Shown here: one piece after another, positions 58,941 to 64,000 of the stretch
Position numbering within the stretch: position 1 is the stretch's first letter
Layout: each line of letters starts with the position of its first letter
Source of the DNA: Leucoraja erinacea
Lineage: Eukaryota
Length of the DNA stretch: 64,000 nucleotides
Reading direction: 5' to 3'
Assembly (NCBI RefSeq): GCF_028641065.1
Contig: NW_026576708.1
Location: 1 to 64,000 of the forward strand
Notes under the pieces: generated by a model
Databases searched by the model: none
What the model saw: only the letters and a program-made list of their open reading frames with translations
What the model was told of the DNA's origin: nothing
Translations under genes and position numbers: made by a program

Positions 58941-59289
58941 CAGCCCTCCATCTTCCCCCACAACCTGCTGCCCCCTACCGGCCAACACTGGGATAGGCAG
59001 GGTGGGTCCAATTCGTTCTAGGAACAGAATGAGGTCACTCGGCCCATCAAGTCTACTCTGCCATTCAATCATGGCGGGTCTACCTTTCCCTCTCAACCCC
59101 ATTCTCCTGCCTCCTCCCCGTAACCGCTGACACCCGCACTAATCAAGAATCATGACCACCTTCGGGGAATTACGTCCCTGATCTCCTCGGCCCCTTCTGC
59201 CCCACAACAGTCCCCAGAGCCATACCATTTACCATTGTGTCGGACCTGCCCACGTCCAAAATGCAACACCTCACATTTCACTGTATTAA

Positions 59290-60070
59290 GTTCAATAGAC
59301 AATGGGTGCAGGAGTCGGCCATTCGGCCCTTCGAGCCATTCAATGTGATCACGGCTGATCATCCCCAATCAGTAACCCATTTCTACCTTCTCCCCATATC
59401 CCCTGACTCCGCTATCTTTAAGAGCCCTATCTAACTCTCTCTTGAAAGCATCCAGAGAACCGGCCTCCACCGCCCTCTGAGGCAGAGAATTCCACAGACT
59501 CACCACTCTCTGTGAGAAAAAGTGTTTCCTCGTCTCCGTTCTAAATGGCTTACTCCTTATTCTTAAACTGTGTGTGGCCCCTGGTTCTGGACTACCCCAG
59601 GATTCCCCCGGGAACATGTTTCCTGCCTCTAGCGTGTCCAAGCCCTTAACAATCTTATATGTTTCAATGAGATACCCACTCATCCTTCTAAACTCCAGAG
59701 TGTAGAAGCTCAGCTGCTCCATTCTTTCAGCATATGACAGTCCCGCCATCCCGGGAATTAACCTGGTGAACCTACGCTGCACTCCCTCAATAGCAAGAAT
59801 GTCCTTCCTCAAATTAGACCAAAACTGCAAACATCCAAAAATTCCATCAACTAATTCCTCAGTCCCACCTGGAAAATTGACTTAGAAACAGAGAAAATAG
59901 GTGCAGGAGGAGGCCATTCGGCCCTTTGAGCCAGCACCGCCATTCAATGTGATCACGGCTGATCATCCCCATCATGGCTGATCATCCACAATCGGTTCCC
60001 CGTTGTTGCTTTCTTTCCATAATCCCTTGATACCGTTTGCCCCAAGAGCTAAATCTAACTCTCTCTTGAA
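59290..60070 (-). mobile_element. CR1 3' fragments
   Basis: ORF 59369-59830. Confidence 0.88.
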
Positions 60071-61114
60071 GACTTGCTGTCTTTATTTGTGTAGGGAGGA
60101 ACTAACTGCAGATGCTGGTTTACACCGAAGATAAGACACCAAATGCTGGAGTAACTCAGCCGGTCAGGCAACATCTCTGGAGAGAAGGAATGGGTGACGT
60201 TTCAGGTCGGGACCCTTCTTCGGGCTGAGAGTCGGGGGAGAGGGAGTGTCGAGGCGTGAAAACGACAAAACAGCTGGTGATAAAGAAATGTTGAACGGTT
60301 CACTGTCAGCTGACGGGGAAGGTGACAATGAGGCATAAAATCTGTCATTATTCGAGTGGGGGCCCTGTCCGTTTTTTTCACTTTTTTATTATTTTTAGTA
60401 TGTAGTCGGGGGGGTCTAATCTTTTTATGTGTGGGGGGTGGTGGGGGGAAGGGGAAACTGCTTTTTCTAGTCCCTACCTGGTCGGAGAGGCTGCCTTCCT
60501 CCGAGCAGCACCTTCGACCTGTCCTGGCGGCCTACCAGCGGGTCCTGGAGCGACGTTTCCTGAGGGGACCTGGCCAGAACCTCGGCTTTGGCGGCGGCGC
60601 AGCGCTGGAGCGCTATTGCGGAGCGGGCGATGCCTTGCCTGGGTCGCCCCGCTGGAACTCCAGTATGCTGGGATCGCCGATAGATACATCGTGGAGCCGC
60701 GGTTCTGTGGAGCGGCCAGCTGCGGCGCTGAACTTTACATCCCCCGGAGCCTGGGATCTCTCGCCGAGATCGCCAGTGTGTGGGGCTACGTCCGGCGCGG
60801 TCTGTTGGCTTGTGAAGCCGCGGTCTCCGGTGGGAAGGCGGCCGTTCCTGGCACCCCAAGCCGCTGGGGGTTCTCCCGACGCCGGAGTACCATCACCCGG
60901 CGGGAACGGCCGGGAACATCGGGCCCCGTAACGGCGAATGTGGAGGCCTCAATAGGCCCGACTCTGGGTGGACAAGAGGATGGGGACTGGACTTTGTGCC
61001 TTCCCCCACAGTGGGGGGGATGTTTTTATGTTTTAATGTTAAACTTCTTGTTGTATATTTACTAGTGTGCTGCAAGGACATCTGAATTTCCCCTGAATAA
61101 AGAGATTAATAAAG

Positions 61115-61155
<41 letters not shown>

Positions 61156-62063
61156 AGCCAGGGCAGTGAACATGGTTGGAGAACACGGATGGGGGGGGGG
61201 GGTGGGGGGTGGAGAGAGAGAGGGAAAGCAAGGGGCTACTTGAAGTTGGAGAGGTCAATGTTCCCACCGCTGGGGTGTCAGCTGCCCAAGCCAAATATGA
61301 GGTGCTGATCTACCAACATGTGCGTTGCTGGGCCTCACTCTGACAGTGGAGGTGGCCCAGGACAGAGAGGTCGGTGTGGGGGATGGGAGGGAGGGGGGGG
61401 GGGGTCGAAGTGTTTGGCCACCGGGAGATCGGGCAGGTTTAGGCGAACTGGGCGGAGGTGATCAGCGAAACGATCGCAGAGTCAGTCAGCACTTGGTATA
61501 TTTATTTAGTTTAGTTACTCATTTGTACAGGCAGTGAATAAAGTAACAGAGGACAGTTGGGGAGCCAGTGATCTGGGGCAAAGAGGTCCCGAGGATGGGG
61601 GGGAGGGGGAGGGGAGGGGAGGGGAGGGGAGGGGGAGGGAGGGGAGGATAGGAGAGGGGAGGAGATGGGAGGGGAAGGAAGGAGATGAGAGGAGAGGGGA
61701 GGGAAGGGGAGGAGATGGGAGGGGAAGAGATGGGAGGGGAAGGAAGGGGGATGAGAGGGGAGGGGTGGTGGGGATGGGAGGGGGGGGAAGAGGGAAGGGG
61801 GAGGGGAGAGGAGGGGAGGGGACAAGGGAGGGAGGGGAAGGTAGGAGAGGAGGAGGAAAGGGGAGGGGAAAGGGGAGGAGATGGGAGGGGAGGGGAAGGA
61901 AGGGGGATGAGAGGGGAGGTGGGGATGGGAGGGAAGGGAAGGGAGGGGAGAGGGAGGGGAGGCAAGGGGAGGGAAAGGGTAGGGGGATGGGAGGGGGGGG
62001 AGTGGGGGGAGGGGCCAGCGACGAAAGGAAGAGGAGATCCGATGGGCCCCGACGTTCCTAGAA

Positions 62064-62128
62064 TCACGGATGTTCCATCCGCAGACATTCGTGGACTTCT
62101 GAAAGATCCCATCGGATAATCTCGTTCA
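62064..62128 (-). CDS. Probable terminal coding exon of an unidentified upstream gene (..NEIIRWDLSEVHECLRMEHP*)
   Basis: Strong acceptor ctctcccccgcag in unique sequence; AATAAA on minus at 61501-61506. The reading frame is inferred. Confidence 0.5.
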
Positions 62129-62244
62129 CTGCGGGGGAGAGAGGGACGAGGTCAGTTAGAAACATAGCAACTTAGAAAATAGAAGCAGGCATGAGGCCAT
62201 TTGGCCCTTCGAGCTAGCACCGTGACCATCAATGGTCTACATTC

Positions 62245-62866
62245 TATGGTTTGAGTATAGGAGCAGGGAGGTTCTACTGCAGTTGTACAGGGTCTTGGTG
62301 AGACCACACCTGGAGTATTGCGTACAGTTTTGGTCTCCAAATCTGAGGAAGGACATTATTGCCATAGAGGGAGTGCAGAGAAGGTTCACCAGACTGATTC
62401 CTGGGATGTCAGGACTGTCTTATGAAGAAAGACTGGATAGACTTGGTTTATACTCTCTAGAATTTAGGAGATTGAGAGGGGATCTTATAGAAACTTACAA
62501 AATTCTTAAGGGGTTGGACAGGCTGGACGCAGGAAGATTGCTCCCGATGTTGGGGAAGTCCAGAACAAGGGGTCACACAGTTTAAGGATAAGGGGGAAAT
62601 CTTTTAGGACCGAGACGAGGAAAACATTTTTCACACAGAGAGTGGTGAATCTGTGGAATTCTCTGCCACAGATGGTAGTTGAGGCCACACAGTTCATTGG
62701 CTATATTTAAGAGGGAGTTAGATGTGGCTAAAGGGATCAGGGGGTATGGAGAGAAGGCAGGTACAGGATACTGAGTTGGATGATCAGCCATGATCATATT
62801 GAATGGCGGTGCAGGCTCGAAGGGCCGAATGGCCTCTACTCCTGCACCTATTGTCTATGTTTCTAT
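62245..62866 (+). mobile_element. CR1 3' fragment
   Basis: ORF 62232-62585 and CR1 tail. Confidence 0.9.
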
Positions 62867-63025
62867 GTTTATGGTCTTGATGGGGTTTGTCCGGGGTCAT
62901 AAATAACATACCAAATTGTTGAGCCCATTTTTAGGAACCTAACAAAGGTACACACCACACACAGTATTTTGTCCGTGTACACGTGTACGTATATACACAC
63001 ACGCGCACTGCGTGTGTTGTGAACC

Positions 63026-63540
63026 TTGTCTGCCAAGAAGCGCACGTCTAGTGCAGCGTTTCTCAAGTTCGGTTTCACGAGCATCGTTCAAAAATCCGTG
63101 GTCGAGCCGCAATGTGTTATCTGTGCCGAGGTTTTGGGCCACGAGAGCATGAAGCCCAGCAAACTGAAGATCCATTTGGAGTCTTGTCACAGGGACCTGG
63201 GCGGGGAGGGGCGTGGATTATTTCAAACGTAAAGAAGGGTTCCCGCATCGATTCGACGGGTCACTGCGCTCCTCAATATGAAGCAGCGATGGAGGTTTCA
63301 CACCGGATTGCTCATCGAATCGCTCGGACTAAAAAACCTCACACCATCGGTGAACAGCTCACCAAACCATGCCCTCTCGAAACAGCCATGTTGCTGCTGG
63401 GGGAACAGCAGTCAAACAAGTCCAGGCAGACTTCCCTTTCGAATGACACAGTCAGAAGTCAAATCTCGGATATGAGTAATGATATCCTGACGCTGTGAAG
63501 AGCAGTCCCAGTGTATTCGCTGCAACTGGACGAGTCAGCA
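63026..63540 (+). mobile_element. Degenerate hAT Charlie/Buster-type transposase N-terminus
   Basis: FLKFGFT..PQCVICAEVL..SMKPSKL..HL (BED finger), IARTKKPHTIGEQL, LSNDTV..I, YSLQLDES; contains frameshifts and stops. Confidence 0.88.
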
Positions 63541-63544
63541 GATC

Positions 63545-64000
63545 TTAGAGTAAAGGGGAGGCCATTTAAGACTGAGGCGAGAAAAAAACTTTTCCACCCA
63601 GAGAGTTGAGAATTTGTGGAATTCCCCCAGCCACAGAGGGCAGTGGAGGCCAAGACACGGGATGGGTTTAAGAGAGAGTTAGATAGAGCCTCTAGGGGCC
63701 GGTGGGGTCAAGGGATATGGGGAGAAGGCAGGCACGGGTTATTGATGGGGACGATCAGCCATGATTGCAATGAATGGCGGTGCTGGCTTGAAGGGCCGAA
63801 TGGCCTCCTCCTGCACCTATAGAAACATAGAAATTAGGTGCAGGAGTAGAGGCCATTCGGCCCTTCGAGCCTGCACCGCCATTCAATATGATCATGGCTG
63901 ATCATCCAACTCAGTATCCCGTACCTGCCTTCTCTCCATACCCCCTGATCCCCTTAGCCACAAGGGCCACATCTAACTCCCTCTTAAATATAGCCAATGA
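63545..64000. mobile_element. Tail-to-tail CR1 3' ends meeting at ~63820
   Basis: CCTGCACCTAT|AGAAACATAGAAATTAGGTGCAGG. Confidence 0.85.

Noticed and set aside
63026-63540. Domesticated ZBED/SCAND-type gene
   Set aside because: Frameshifts, stops and truncation by a CR1 indicate a transposase fossil.

Overview
GC-rich, repeat-dense vertebrate genomic DNA. The CR1/HER1-like LINE, HE1-like SINE and Penelope content points to a cartilaginous fish, probably a skate or ray (inference). There are four N gaps and several indels in homopolymer or dinucleotide runs. Genes: (1) PARP2 on + (14 exons, 1831-17385; the N-terminal exons lie upstream of the window), plus a displaced copy of one WGR-domain exon at ~897-992. 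(2) A convergent lifeguard/TMBIM (GRINA-like) gene on - (19289-31019), whose first coding exon is duplicated within a ~3.4-kb tandem duplication. (3) An unidentified - strand gene (Y) with one uninterrupted 7.1-kb ORF (39806-46918) built from six repeat blocks; its end blocks are also arrays of YY1-like and ETS-like DNA motifs. (4) A second unidentified low-complexity - strand gene (X, 54703-49569). Genes X and Y each sit behind a tandemly amplified NRF1/CRE-type promoter module. (5) A probable terminal exon of a further - strand gene at 62064-62128. Mobile DNA includes many CR1 3' fragments, tRNA-derived SINEs, L1 and Tx1 3' ends, Penelope-like pieces with minimal hammerhead-ribozyme motifs, several hAT MITEs with clear TIRs and TSDs, and a Charlie-type transposase relic.
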